Below the pieces are notes generated by a model. That model was not told the origin of the DNA, did not search any database, and worked only from the letters and a program-made list of their open reading frames with translations. 64,000 nt of DNA from Lama glama (taxonomy: Eukaryota). A program made the position numbers and the translations under genes. Where the stretch lies: assembly GCA_028534125.1 (NCBI GenBank), contig CM052818.1, positions 32,118,001 to 32,182,000 of the forward strand, given 5' to 3'. Of this stretch, positions 39,256 to 51,432 are shown one piece after another (position 1 is the stretch's first letter; each line of letters begins with the position of its first letter).

Positions 39256-41569
39256 CACCAGAGTATAATTTATGAACTTCAATGCCACTTCATGCAAAAG
39301 CATCAAGTCTTGGGCTTGTAAGGAGTGTGAGGGGGCTGACAGGTAGCTGGGGAATCCTTCCAAGGTCCCATGAAGGGACTGTCAGGGGCATCTACAATCA
39401 GTGGGTAGCTTCACAGAGAGGGCATAGGTGGACAGAAAAAGGGATTTGAACCAGGAGGGAGCAAGGGCTGGATCTATTTCCAGGCAAACGGTGACAGAGT
39501 ACCTGCTGAGGCCACGTGCCCCTCCCTCACCACATTGACCTTGGCAGTTGAGAGGGGGGCTGCCAAGCTAGCCTACAGTCTGAGGGGAGCATGCAGGGGG
39601 TTAAGGAGGGAAGCCGAGGAAGGAAAATGAAGAGCACTACCCAGACTGGGACCTGCAGCCCTGGCCCAAGGGAGGCAGAAAAGGGGAATTGGAGGTTTGC
39701 TCCTTGTGTCTGAGAGCTTAAAGATCGGGTGAGTTTGGGGCAAAGCACACTTGTAAATGGGGCCATTTCTGAATACACCGTGATTATTTGGGACTAGATA
39801 AGCAACCCCTGCTTTTTATCAGTGCAGCATAATTCTCTCTCATTCATTTCACCGTCTCTAAAATGAACTTCTGTTCTGAGCAGCGAATCAGCTACACCCC
39901 TGTGCACCTACCATCTAACAGAAACTGGGTCGCTGCAGAATCTCGCCTGGAGCTCCTCCTCATTCAGCAGTGAGACCAGCAGGAACATATAGGCGGTCTT
40001 GAGTGGGGAGGCTGAAAAGGGGCACAGTGTGTTCTCGACTAAAAACACTTCCCCTGTAACCCTCTAGCTTTCTGAAGCTTTCTGGCTCTGCCTTTCAGGA
40101 GCACAGCAACTCACCCTTGAGGCAAAGCCCTCTGCACTCCATTCTGGTTGCGTGTTTGGCGGGCCTGATGCTAGGCAGTCTTGCCCAACAGAAACATCAC
40201 TCCAGGGCCACAGCACTGTAGAAGAGCAATCTCCTACCCAGAAGCTCCAGAGCGCTGGGAACTCACTTATCTGCTGGCAAAATTGCCAGCTTGGGGATTC
40301 AGCGCTGCTTCTCTGCAAAACAGGCACGGAATTACCCCACGCTTAACAAATGGTTGCCCTGCTCTCCTAAAGCTGCCAACACAAATTGAATTGTATTTTT
40401 TTCATTGGTGTATACAGTGGGTGTGCTTTAGCACCAGCACTAATTTCCCCCAAGCAAGATAAATGCACAGACCTGATCCTTCCTGCTTACACTCTGTCTC
40501 ATTCCAGCAAATTAAAATGTCACAGAGCTTCAGGGTTCTTTAGGAGACCGGGTCAGATGGGGGTGGTGCAGGGTGGGTGGGGAGGCTATTGTTTGATTTC
40601 ACACCTCAGCCATCACTTAAATAAGAACTAAGGAGAATGAAAACCTGGTTAAAACACTGCGAGCTATAAAATAAGTCTGTAGAAGGTGTGTCAGTGAAAT
40701 CTTATAAGAAGCAAAAAGCTATCATTTTGGCAGTTTTCTTAAGAGTTATTTTTACATTACTGGTATCCTGTTGTGGATCCCCTCCCCCCATTCACTCTTA
40801 TAACCAACCAAAGTCAATTTGGTTTAATTCAGTCCTATAAAATTTTTCACCTAGAGTGGCCACTTTGTGAATCAAAGTTCATCAGCAAAGTTCACATGAT
40901 CAGAAATGGAGTTTGGTTTCAAGAGGCTCTCAGAGGAGAATTGCAGTAAGAAATGGAATTGCGTTTGCTGCTGGAGTGCTGCTTTTTGTGCCCCCCTGAA
41001 TTCCTGAAATCGCCGAAGAATGAGTATTAAAAATGTAATACCTGGTTTACGCATGCTCCTTTTCTCTCGGGCATCTCCCAGGCATCACAACAGCTCACTT
41101 TTGTCCTTAGGATGTCCTTTTATGAAAGCAGGTGTGTAGGTCTGTGCCTTAGCCCATTTTCCAGAACTGAAAACACAGGCTCATAAGAAGGCTACCTGAG
41201 CAGTAGCTGAGAGAGGACTCCAGGGTGCACCCTTCTTGCCAGCAAAACGGTGGAAGCACTAACCTCAAAGCAATTCTAGGGAACTTTTCCCTATTCCCAC
41301 CCAGAGGTCAGGCTTTTCGCACCAAATCTTCGTTAACAAGGGACTGGAAAGGGGCATTTTCATATGAGAAGCAGTCAGGAGATGTAGTTTGGAGTCTGAA
41401 ATATGTGACTTTCTGGGACATTTCAACGGTTTATAGAGCCAGGGGAACCAAACATGTGAAATCAAAGCTGTTTCAGAGAATTGAAGATAAATGGTAGCCA
41501 ACCCACAGAGGCTTACAATCAAAACCAGGAAACACCACCGAAGGCAGGCGGATAGAAGCCCATTATGAT

Positions 41570-41800
41570 AATACTTAACCCCCTCTTGTGCGTTTCAGTG
41601 TAGAAAGAGCCTTTGTATTCATCTCACTCAGCATTCTGAGTGTGGACCTGGAAGAAGTATCTTGGTCGTTCTTTACAGGTAAGGAGGGGGCAGGGCTCAG
41701 GGAGATGGAATGGCAAAAGCAAACCTCTGAGCACAGCTGGGAGCCAAACCCAGCTCTCCTGATGCTGCAGCCATGTTCTGACCACTGTACCACACTCCCT
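41570..41800 (-). mobile_element. MIR SINE
   Basis: 'attcatctcactcagcattctgag...tttacaggtaaggaggggg cagggctcagggagatgga...ctgaccactgtaccacact'. Confidence 0.7.
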
Positions 41801-42192
41801 CTCCGTACGAGATAAGAAACAGTGGAGCTTGTAGCTCTGCTCCAGCATCAGTGACGGCTGCAAAGAATGTTTTCAAATGGAAGGTTCTGGCCAAGGACTC
41901 TCCTCCCTTGAGGCCTTTACACTTGGGGTTCCCACTGCCTGAAATTCTCTCCCTCGTACATCCAGGTCTCTATCCTATAGGTCCCTCAGGTCTCTGCTCA
42001 AAGGCCAGCTCACTAGTGAGGTCTTTTCTTACCACCCACCCATGCCCATCAAATTTATCCTCCTTAGTCTCTTAAAGTTTGCTCCATAGCATTTCCCACT
42101 TTTCATTTGTCAGTGGCCTGTCTCCTTCCTCTGAGTCCAGCCAAGAGATCTGAGACTTTGTCGTGCTTGTTGGTCTACCCCTGTGTCTAGAT

Positions 42193-43143
42193 TAGCAGTT
42201 GGCTGTTTCTGTAAAGGGCCAGATAGTAAATAGTTTAGAGTTTGGGGGCTGTATATTCTCTGTTGCAACCAGGCAACTCTGTCATTATAGAATGAAAGTG
42301 ATGCAGGAAAACGGATGTGGGGCGTGAGGAGGGCCGTGTCCCAGGCTTCAGTTGAGCCCCTGGGTCGTGCCCTGCCAAGTGTGGGTCCTTGGCTTCACAC
42401 AGGAAAGAATTCAGGAATGAGCCACAGTTGAGTAAAGGTAGATTTATTCAGAGAGATACATTGAAAGGCAAGAGAAAGGCCATGAGGTGTGGGGGTTGGG
42501 TGCTCAGATTAAAAGTAGGTACGCATTCCATAGACAAGTGTGCGGGCCACCTCCGAACAGAGAGAGAAAGAGAGGTGGCTGCGAGGTGCCGTGTTGCCAG
42601 TTTTTATGGGCTTGGTGGCTTCATATGCTAATAAGTGGAAGGACCAGTCTAAGTAGCTTGGGGAAGGGGCTGGGATCCCCAGGAAGTTGGCCATTTCCCA
42701 CTCTTTGACCTTTTGTGGCTAGCCTTGGGACTGCGATGGTGCCTGTGGGCATGTTATTCACCATGTTAATATATTACAATGGGTGTATAATGAAGCTCAA
42801 GTTCTGCTAGAAGATAAATCTCCCATCATCTTGAGCCTTAAGGCCTACTGGGGGTTGAATCTTTCACAATTTTGATGTTAATTTCTGTAGCATTCCTTGA
42901 ATGGCTGTACCCTGCCCACTTCCTGTCTCAAAAACAGCCACAAACAGAGCATATACCAGTGGGTATCACTGTGTTCCAGTAAAGCTTTATTTATGGACAC
43001 TGGAATTTGAATAGTATGTAATTTTTATATGTCATGAAAAATTACCCACCCCCAACCATCTGAAAATATAAAAAACGTTCTTACCTGTGCACCATACAAA
43101 GTGGATAATGGGCTAGATTTAGCCTTCAGGCCATAGATTGCTG
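42193..43143. mobile_element. MER58B-like MITE, split by an ERV1 LTR
   Basis: tttctgtaaagggccagatagtaaata...gaaag | cagccaca...gtgttccagtaaagctttatttatggacactgg. Exact 8-bp TSD gtctagat (42185-42192 / 43144-43151). Confidence 0.88.
42299..42930 (-). mobile_element. 632-bp young solo LTR, ERV1-like
   Basis: TG...CA termini, 4-bp TSD aaag/aaaa, minus-strand AATAAA (tttatt ~42443-42448), ggtccttggcttcacacaggaaagaattca motif, CpGs retained. Confidence 0.88.
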
Positions 43144-43515
43144 GTCTAGATCAGTGCCTGGCATGAAGTAGGCATGCAGCAAATAATTGTTGAGTGAGTG
43201 AAAACTAAACAAATAAATAACTTAACCATATCATGCAGCTGCATCGAGCAACAGGTAATTGGCCATCCAGTGTTTATGAGGCAATTAGGCGCTGAGAAGG
43301 GGGCTCTGGAAGTCAGACTTGACCTTTAGTACAGGGAGCCCGTAGTCCTGTTGTACATATAAGGAGAGGGACGGAAGGACGGGACAAGGGCAGGATGGGA
43401 ACTGTTTATCAGAACAAGAGGAAGCCAGGGAATTATTCCATCTTCTGTGAAGCTTACTCAGAGGTTGGTCCCCTTAGTAAAAACCTCTTCGGACCTACAG
43501 AGAGACAGAATGATG

Positions 43516-43817
43516 AAACAGACTCACTACATAGAGAACAAACTAGTGGTTACCTAAGGGGAGAGAGAAGGGGGAAGGGAAAATTAAGGGAGGGGACTAA
43601 GTTACAAACTACTATGTGTAAAATTGGTAAGCAACAATGATATATTGTATAGCACGGGCAACTGTAGCCATTATCTTGTAATAACTCTTAATGGACTATA
43701 ATCTGTAAGAATATTGAATTCCTATGCTGTACTCCTGAAACTAATGTAATATTAAAATCTACTATAATTCAATTAAAAAAAAAAAGAAAAAGAAAAAGTA
43801 AAAAACTTATTTAAAAA
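43516..43817 (+). mobile_element. Short L1 3' UTR insertion with A-rich tail
   Basis: gaaacagactcac...agagaacaaactagtggttacc...ctatgctgtactcctgaaactaat...caattaaaaaaaaaaag. Confidence 0.85.
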
Positions 43818-44013
43818 AGAGAGAGAGCTCAGAAGCCAGGGCCTGAGGGAGCAGTGTTGTCTTGGAGGCCTGGTTGTCTGAAGAGACACTGCAGGACCTT
43901 TGCCCCTAGAGATGCACAGACAGCTATAGTGCTGCAAGTCTGGGGCTGGGGAAGGGCTGCCCTGGGCATAGTGGGAAGGCAGGGGGAGAGGCCCCTCCCA
44001 AAGGCCGAGGAAT

Positions 44014-44121
44014 CCCAGTGGATCAGAGATATTTCTCAGCAGGAAATAGCTGAGAGACATCTTCATTTATACATTCAGCCCAGTGGATCAGAGATATTTC
44101 TCAGTAGGAAATAGCTGAGAG
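44014..44121. repeat. 43-bp direct duplication with a 22-bp spacer
   Basis: cccagtggatcagagatatttctcag(c/t)aggaaatagctgagag at 44014-44056 and 44079-44121, one mismatch. Confidence 0.95.
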
Positions 44122-46284
44122 GCTCTGAATAGGATCTGAAGATAAAGACAGGAGTGGGCTTTACCTTGGAAGAACTCAACAATTGCAAGGGGTTCGTTTT
44201 CATTAACTATTATTTTATTAAATTGGTGGTAGATACTTTGGAGAAGAAATAGAAGATACTATGAGAATATAACAGGTACTCAGGCTAGGTAAGAAGGAGG
44301 GTATGGCTTTGTTTGGCAGACAAAGTAGGGAAGGACATGGCTGACATATACGGCTTGTGCAAAGGTCCAGTGGTATGAAGAAGCCATCAGTAGGGCTGCA
44401 CTGTGAGATATATACTGAGGAGTTTGGGTTCAATCCTGAAATCTGAAAGTTTTCATTTGAGTGGTGACCAGCTACCTCTCTGGATGGCCTACAATCTTGA
44501 GTTCTCCATCAAGGGCTCAAGACTTCTCATCAAATCTGCCTCGCAGGAGAATTTCCAAGAAAAAAAAAATGCCATCTCTACTTAGGGCTGCACAAATCCC
44601 AGACAGCTCTAAGTGACATCAGCTGAGATGGTCTAAACAAAATAGCACAATTTGGAAATGATACTCTGAACAAAGACCTGTTTTTCCTTAAAACTGGATG
44701 TGATTCTATGCATTTTTCAGGATGAAAAATCCAGTTGTCTCCAGTGAAAGTGAGGATGAGATGTTTTCCCTCACATTGGTTCTTAGCCTTTTATCTCTCA
44801 TTCTGGCATGTTCTGCACCTGAGTTTTCTTTGTGTTTGCAGGTGTTCTTGTTTATAAACCACCCCTGTGCATGACTGAGCCCCTGTGGGTCTCTGGGTGC
44901 CTCTGAGTGTGTAGCTCTGTGTGGCTCAGCACAGTGCTCCTTGGGTCCCTCTGCAGAGTATTCATTTTAATCTTTCACCCTGAGGGGGAAAGGAAGCAGG
45001 TGGTGCTTTGCCTCCCCCTCTCCCTCCTCGCCTGGGAGCCCCTTTTATGCGCCTCTGTTTCCATTTTTCTTTCCTCCAACTGTTTCTTTCTCCTCCTTTG
45101 TCCCTCTTCCCCTCTGCCTGCATCTCTGCTCCATAATTATCTATAATATAAATAGAAGATTTTATTAGTTACAATCACTTGAAAAGATTTTATGTTTCCT
45201 GCTTCTAGTTTAAAAGGCTGATGAGACAACAGTATTGTATTTTTCTCTCAGAAACAGGTAAATTAAAGTTTTTCTTTGTTGATGAGCCCTCACTGGCCAA
45301 AATGTTCGCCAACTGCTCTCTACACAAGGATGCCCTATGCCAGGAAACTCTGTTCTTGTAAAATCACTCCTGAGCAGCCGGCTTTACTGTGGAGAGAGTG
45401 AAAACTCTAAAAGAGATAAGCTCTGAGGATCCTTACCCTGGCGCTGGAGTCACCACGTTCTGAGAAGGAGTTTCTTCAAGGGCTCAGTCTTAGATCCTGC
45501 TTCCCCGAGACTGTTTCCATGTGTGAGACCTTGTGGTCAAGGCTGGATGACGTGGCCTCATGGGCCTTCCAGCCCAGAGCACTTTCATGAACACAGACAT
45601 TTCTGTCCAAATACTTCCCTCTTCTTCCACAGCACTCCCCAAATTGTTCACGTTCTTAAGTACTGTCAGTCCCACCTGGGCAAACTCGCCAAACTCCCTT
45701 AGAGAAGAGATCCTAAAAAATAAGCCAGTTTCACATGCAGAGACAACTACGTGTGCATATATCAACTCTTTTCCTTAAACATCATCTTCTGCGTCTAGTG
45801 TCTCTGTAATATCTTGAAAATCAACCTTAGTTGCTTATCTTCTCTTTCTTTTTGGAAATCCATTAGAATCCTAGGTTTTAATAGTTGCTTCCTTGATATA
45901 AGGAGTTTAATTGTGCAGCTCTTAGCATGCCCTAGAGAGTCTAATGAGAAATAAATAATCCTAAGTAGCCTCCCTTAGGAATGAGGAATAAACTCTTTAT
46001 CCAGAGGTTCTCGTTAAGGAGATTTTCTAACTGTTTCGGCAGTGGTAGGCTACTCCCCAGTTAGGTAGGAGGTTCCTTTGGGCTGGGGTATTCCTTATCC
46101 TCTGAGGTTTTCTCCTTAGTCCTTAGCATATGGCCCAGGCAGAGAAAGGATTCCATGCTATCCCCAGGAGTGCTTTTGTGCCTCTGACTGAGCAATGGCT
46201 AAGGAACCCTATCAGGTTTCTTGTTGCCTCCATGTCCTCATCTCTCTCTAGACCTCATTTAGGGGAAGAAAAGGGAGAGAAAGT

Positions 46285-46460
46285 CATATTTACTGAGCAT
46301 GAGTGACATCCTGTGCTAGGTACTTTCCCATCTGTTATTACCCCTAAATTTTATGAGGCACATTTTAGTATTCATCCAATCGGATGGATGAGAAACTCTG
46401 GCTTGGTAAGGCTAAGTGATTTACTAAGTAACGCAGTTATTAAGTGATAGAGATGGGCTT
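46285..46460 (-). mobile_element. MIR SINE
   Basis: 'catatttactgagcat...ctgtgctaggtacttt...ggatgagaaactctggct...aggctaagtgattt...taagtgatagagatggg'. Confidence 0.7.
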
Positions 46461-48779
46461 AATTGACTTACTCTTGGTGAGGACCTAGAACCTCAGTGGT
46501 AAGGGATCGGTGGATGGTGATCACTGTTGCTGCCACTGCTGTGTTACACAGAGCCAAGCTGTTGGATTTCCAAGCCCATGCCATAAGGGTGAATGAGAGG
46601 AAACATGCAGAATTTGAGGAGGTAGGATGAGAAGCCTCACACACTGGATGAAATTCAAGTGGTCTAAGCCACATATAGGTGCAACTTAATAGCCAATGGT
46701 CCAAAAGGCTTGCCAGTGGGGCTGTGTGGTTAGAACCCTCCCTCCATCCCTCCTTGGGTGTCTGGTCTCCTTCCTCCAGTCTAGCCTCCTTCCTTGGGTG
46801 GAAAGAGGGGTGCAACAGAGGGCCCAGACTACAGTCTCAAAAGAAGGACTCATTTTCCCCCTAGGGTAAGAAGTGGAGAGACCTAGCATAATTTTGGAGC
46901 GTCGTGCTCTGTCAGTCTCTCCTGCAGACTGCACGTGAGTCAGGCTGATGAGATGGCCATCACTTATGACCAGTCCAGTGCCAAGCACTTGCTTTTCCCA
47001 CCCAGCCCTGCTGAGAACACACTGGAAGTACACACCAATTTTACAAACAAGAAAATAGGACCTGAAAGGAAAGAAGGGTTTTCTTCCAAATTCTAGTTTT
47101 TTCTTTCTCCGCTTCTTACCATCTCTGCCAACCAGGGGCCCAGGCCACATTTCTTCTTCCTTCCTTCACTTCAGAGGCTGTGGGATCAGTGAGCAGGTAG
47201 AGCGGAGGAGGGAAGGGGACCAGTGGGCACTCAGGTTCCCATGGCTTTGCTGTGCCCAGAGCCCACTAGGAGTCTCAACTTGAAAGGCCTGCCCTCCCCT
47301 TTGAGTCACTTGCCTGAAAAGCACACGCACATTCAGAATTACTGACTGAAACCAGTTCTCAATTTGATTTGCTCTGCCCCTTCTCATTTCCCTGGCTAGA
47401 CTTAAGCATTGACACTTGACGCTGCTACAAAATGTGGCCGTAGGGGGGAAAATGTCTCTATGCTGTTGACAAAAGAGGAAAGGTACTCTGTTCAGTCAAC
47501 TGTGGGAGAAACAGAATAATTTATACTGCCTTTGTCAGTCACTGGGAAAGGTAATTTCAATGCTGAATTTTAAGTTTTTCATTAATTAACCACTTTTTCA
47601 GTTCAGTGCTTCTCAGCTAGGTAAAAACCCATGGCAGAGCTATTTTGGAGGAGGGCTGGGGGAGACTTGGCTTTGGCCCTGATGCTCCCAGTGACATACG
47701 GGTATTTTTGTGTTTTCATTTTTCTGCAGTTTCTCTGGCTGGGTGCTGGTACAAATATTGGATGTTTCATTTAAGACTCAGAGTCTCGCCCAAACTGTCT
47801 GCAATTCAATATGTCATAATATATACGTGGGTAAATCATCTCTGTGTCATCTTTCTCAGCATTCAGTTATTAAAGCCCATTTTTCATGGTAAAATACTCC
47901 TCCAGGAGACGGCACGAGGTGCACACGTCCCTGAGTCTAGTATTTAACACTAATAGGCTGAGCCTTCTCTCTGAAACTAAGCTAGGAATTGAGAAAATGT
48001 AGCAGAATGAATCAGGAAAATGCTTTCTTGGAAATGGAATGAGATTTAGACTAGAGAGGGTATTCGGAAGAAAGCTGACATTTTACCAGAACTCCCCAGA
48101 TAATTGCTTCATCTTTCCACTTCGCTTGGAAAGCAGAAGCCTGGTGAGCCTTGCCTAGAGAACAGCGAGTAACTTGTTTCAGGGAGTCTGTGCAGTGGCT
48201 GGCTCTCCGTGAGGAAGAGGCATGCAAAGTTTTCAGAACTTTTTTAAGTGTAGCAATAAATTAATGATATTGTGTGATTGTGAAATTTCTGTCTGAAGAC
48301 ATCTTTTCAGATAAGAGTCTTTCAAATGTCACTGTTACCAAAAACAGAGAGCAGATAAAAGCTTTGTCAATTCCATGGAGACATCTGAGTGCTTACTGTG
48401 TGCCAGGCTCAAGACAGGTGCTGGGAATGTGGAGAAGAATGTGAGCTTGGTCCCTGCCCATTTATGAGCGAGCAGACTGAGATGGAAAATGTCAGCAGGG
48501 CCTGCCTATTGGCTCTTGGCAAGGTCCCTGGTCACATGATGTACCAATAGGAAATCAATTATCTAAGCCATAAGTAATCAATTTGTCAGCAGTGATGTAG
48601 TGAGTACCTAGTGAATCCTAAATGTGTGAGAAGACAGAAAGCAGAGACAACCAAATGGCGTTGTCTAGTTTCTGTCACCTTTGGTCACAGAGCATCTTTG
48701 TGACCTTGCTTAAAGTCCTCTCTTCACTAGGACTTCTTCATTTACAGAAAGCACCACTCAGAGTTCTATGCATCTTAAA

Positions 48780-49390
48780 AAAAAAGTTTATAATTTATTT
48801 TGATTAGAATAACATATTCATTGTGAAAATTTAAACAAAAGCCTAAAAATGTAGAAAAATAACTCATAGCTTTATAGCTTAAAGCTGACCACATTTAACA
48901 TTTGGTTGCATACCAAGTCTCTTTTTCTTTCCACGCATACATTTACATTACGTAGTTCACAGATCATACTGCATACAATTCTGTTTTGTGACTTTTTTAT
49001 TGCATAGATACATATCATGATCAACTTTCAGGTCGTTAATTGTTCTCCTCCAACCTTATATCTTATTCCCACTGTGCGTGAACTACTTCACCATTCTCCT
49101 TTTTAGGGTCTTTCTTTCCTTTTTTCTTTCTTTCTCTCTCTCTCTCTTTTTTTTTTTTTTTTGCTATTATGAATGTCATATAATATTACAGAACCTAATT
49201 TTACTCATTTCTATTAAACAAATTTTAAGTTTTGAATTGCTAGGGCTAAAATTTTTGCCAGATTTTCTGGTTCTTGCCAAATTTTCCACCACAAATCAAC
49301 CAGTTTAAATTCCTGTTAGCAGTGTATGTGACAACTTGTTTCTCCACATTCTCACCTTGATTTCTTGCAAGGGTTAACTTCTTAACAACA
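48780..49390 (-). mobile_element. Old L1ME-type 3' end fragment
   Basis: aataacatattcattgtgaaaattt...accacatttaacatttgg...ttttaagttttgaattgctaggg...tagcagtgtatgtga...ttctccacattctcacc. Confidence 0.6.
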
Positions 49391-49904
49391 AGTGAGTGTT
49401 TTGGGGATACCCTGCCCCCAAATATTATCAAAGTTCCATATAGACCCAAATCGGTACACGCAGAACAGTTTATTTCTTGTACTGGAAGACAGCAAGTCAA
49501 TTCTGCTACTATTGCTTCCTTGATGCACTAGTGACTCCTGTGTAAATCTAAGATGTCCTGACCCCCCAAGCATGACGTGGCCACTCAAATCACTTGAACC
49601 CTAATGACTGATTAGGTTTCAACTGTGATAAGTACCACCAACAGGCCAGGATAAGGGATGGCTCATAGAGTGATCCAGGCAGGGTGGCTCAGGCTGGGCC
49701 TTTGCCTGTTTTCCTGACCCAGCTTTCCTCCCTGCAAGCTTGTAGCTCAAACAAGGGAAACCAGGTTCAACTTGCCATCATCGGGCAGCTCCAGCAGACC
49801 CTCTGTAATTAGCCACACTGGAAAAGTCTCTCAGGGTAGTGAAAGGTGCTTTGGTGCTGATACACAATTTTCGAATGTGTGAGGTCCCCACACCTGCCCG
49901 TAGA

Positions 49905-50007
49905 TTTTTCTCTTTCTTTTCTCTTCTTTTTCCTTCCTTCCTTCTTCCTCTTCTTCTTCTCCTCTTCCCTTCCTTCCTCTTCCTCCTCCTCTTCTTTTTC
50001 TTTTTTT
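49905..50007. repeat. ~100-bp pure polypyrimidine (CT-rich) tract
   Basis: Uninterrupted C/T run with TTC/TCC units. Confidence 0.95.
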
Positions 50008-50861
50008 AACTGCTCTAATTTAATCCCACCAAGTATTGAACATATATGCAAAATGTAAAAAAACCCTTCCAAGAATAAAACAGAGTTTATGTTCAGAATA
50101 ACAATCTCTCTATTTTGTAAGATGCTATGAAGTTGCCGCTGTGCAATGAGGACTTGGCCAGGTGAGGCTGGCTGCCTCTGTCTTGCTGTCCATCCTGCTC
50201 TTCCGTGGGATAAACAAGCCCAGGGAAAGGTGGCTTCTGGAGATTAAGAGAGCTGGGCCACTGCCTTGGGGACTCTCCACTGAATAATATGACTGAGGAG
50301 ATCCCTGGGGCTCCCCTCATTTGTTAAGCTCTGTTGGTGTTGATTCAGTAGCTAACAAATACTTTTTTCCCATAATCCACTTGCTTAATGCCTAGTCTCT
50401 AACACTTGATTGCTTTTCTTTGCCTCCCTTTGCTCTAGTTACCCTTCCTTCACTAACTGTAAGCTTCCCTTAGGATTGCCAAACAAGTCCCGGGGTATCT
50501 ATATCTATATCCATCTCTCTCTCTCTCTTTCTCTCTCGCTCCCTCCCTCTCATCTTCCTGCAGTGCCCTTCAGGCTCACCATTAGGAAGCTACATGCTAG
50601 TAAACTTAGGTTTAAGATTCCATTTCACCATTTAGGGTCTTCTTGTTCTTCGACTTGAACCTTCTTTGCCTCAGTTTTGTATCTGCAAAAATAGAAGATT
50701 TATGTAAGGATCGAATGAGGGCACATTAAAGCCTGCCACGCAGAGCCACAGTGCACTGGGCCCCAGAGTTCACAATGTCAGCCAGAGTTGTGTCGTGCAA
50801 TCATCTTCTCCAGCTCCGTGCCTGCCACAGAGTAGGTGACCAGTAAATGGAAGCTGCGAAT

Positions 50862-50862
<1 letters not shown>

Positions 50863-50894
<32 letters not shown>
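50863..50894. repeat. (TTG)n microsatellite at the end of a MIR remnant
   Basis: About 10 TTG units, after MIR-like cctcagttttgtatctgcaaaa...taaatggaagctg. Confidence 0.9.
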
Positions 50895-51277
50895 ATTTTC
50901 TACTTCTTTCTGAAAACAGTCTCACATCATTGGGCTATACTGTTATCCTGAAAGGGTATTCTGATAAATGCCCTTGGTTATACATGGCCTGTTAAGTCTG
51001 AGGTCCCAGTGACAGGTGAGCTGTCCTGCCTCTCTAGAAAGGTTCATGAATGGTGAACCTGAAGGCAGGCAAAGTCTTCTCCTTCCTAAGGAAGAAAGCA
51101 GAGTGTCTTTGAGGGCCCATCATATGTCCATTGTCGTGGCAGAGCAGCCTTGTAGAAATGAAACTGGTCGCCTTTCCTGAGCTACCCTAGAATCACTGGT
51201 CAGAGTTTAAAAATAATCTATTATACTATACAATTCCTGGATCTCTTCTAAAAACAGTGCTTTTCAACAATTCATCC

Positions 51278-51432
51278 TGGTGGTTCCCAAATTTACCTGC
51301 ACATTAAAATTTCCTGGAAATTTTTAAAAAATTGTCAAAGCCAATGTCCCACCCAGACCAATTAATCACAATCTTGGGAGTGAAACACAGAGACTAGTAT
51401 TTTTTCAAGCCAGACCAGTTTGGAAAGCACTG
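51278..51432. mobile_element. MER5A-like MITE
   Basis: gtggttcccaaattt...cccacccagaccaattaatca...ccagtttggaaagcactg. Confidence 0.75.

Larger units (their letters stand above)
41900..43205 (+). mobile_element. L2 3' end, split by MER58B and a nested LTR
   Basis: ggcctttacacttgggg...ctcaggtctctgctcaaagg on the left; cagtgcctggcatgaagtaggcatgcagcaaataattgttgagtgagtgaa on the right. Confidence 0.75.

Noticed and set aside
44014..44121. CRISPR-like repeat-spacer-repeat with a palindromic repeat
   Set aside because: Only two units, no cas genes, and a mammalian repeat context. A local duplication explains it.
46686..47150. 154-aa minus-strand ORF, the longest in the window
   Set aside because: Non-ATG start, low-complexity basic stretch from a pyrimidine tract, and no recognisable homology.
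49809..50072. Glu/Lys-rich ORF
   Set aside because: It is just the translation of the purine-rich simple repeat.
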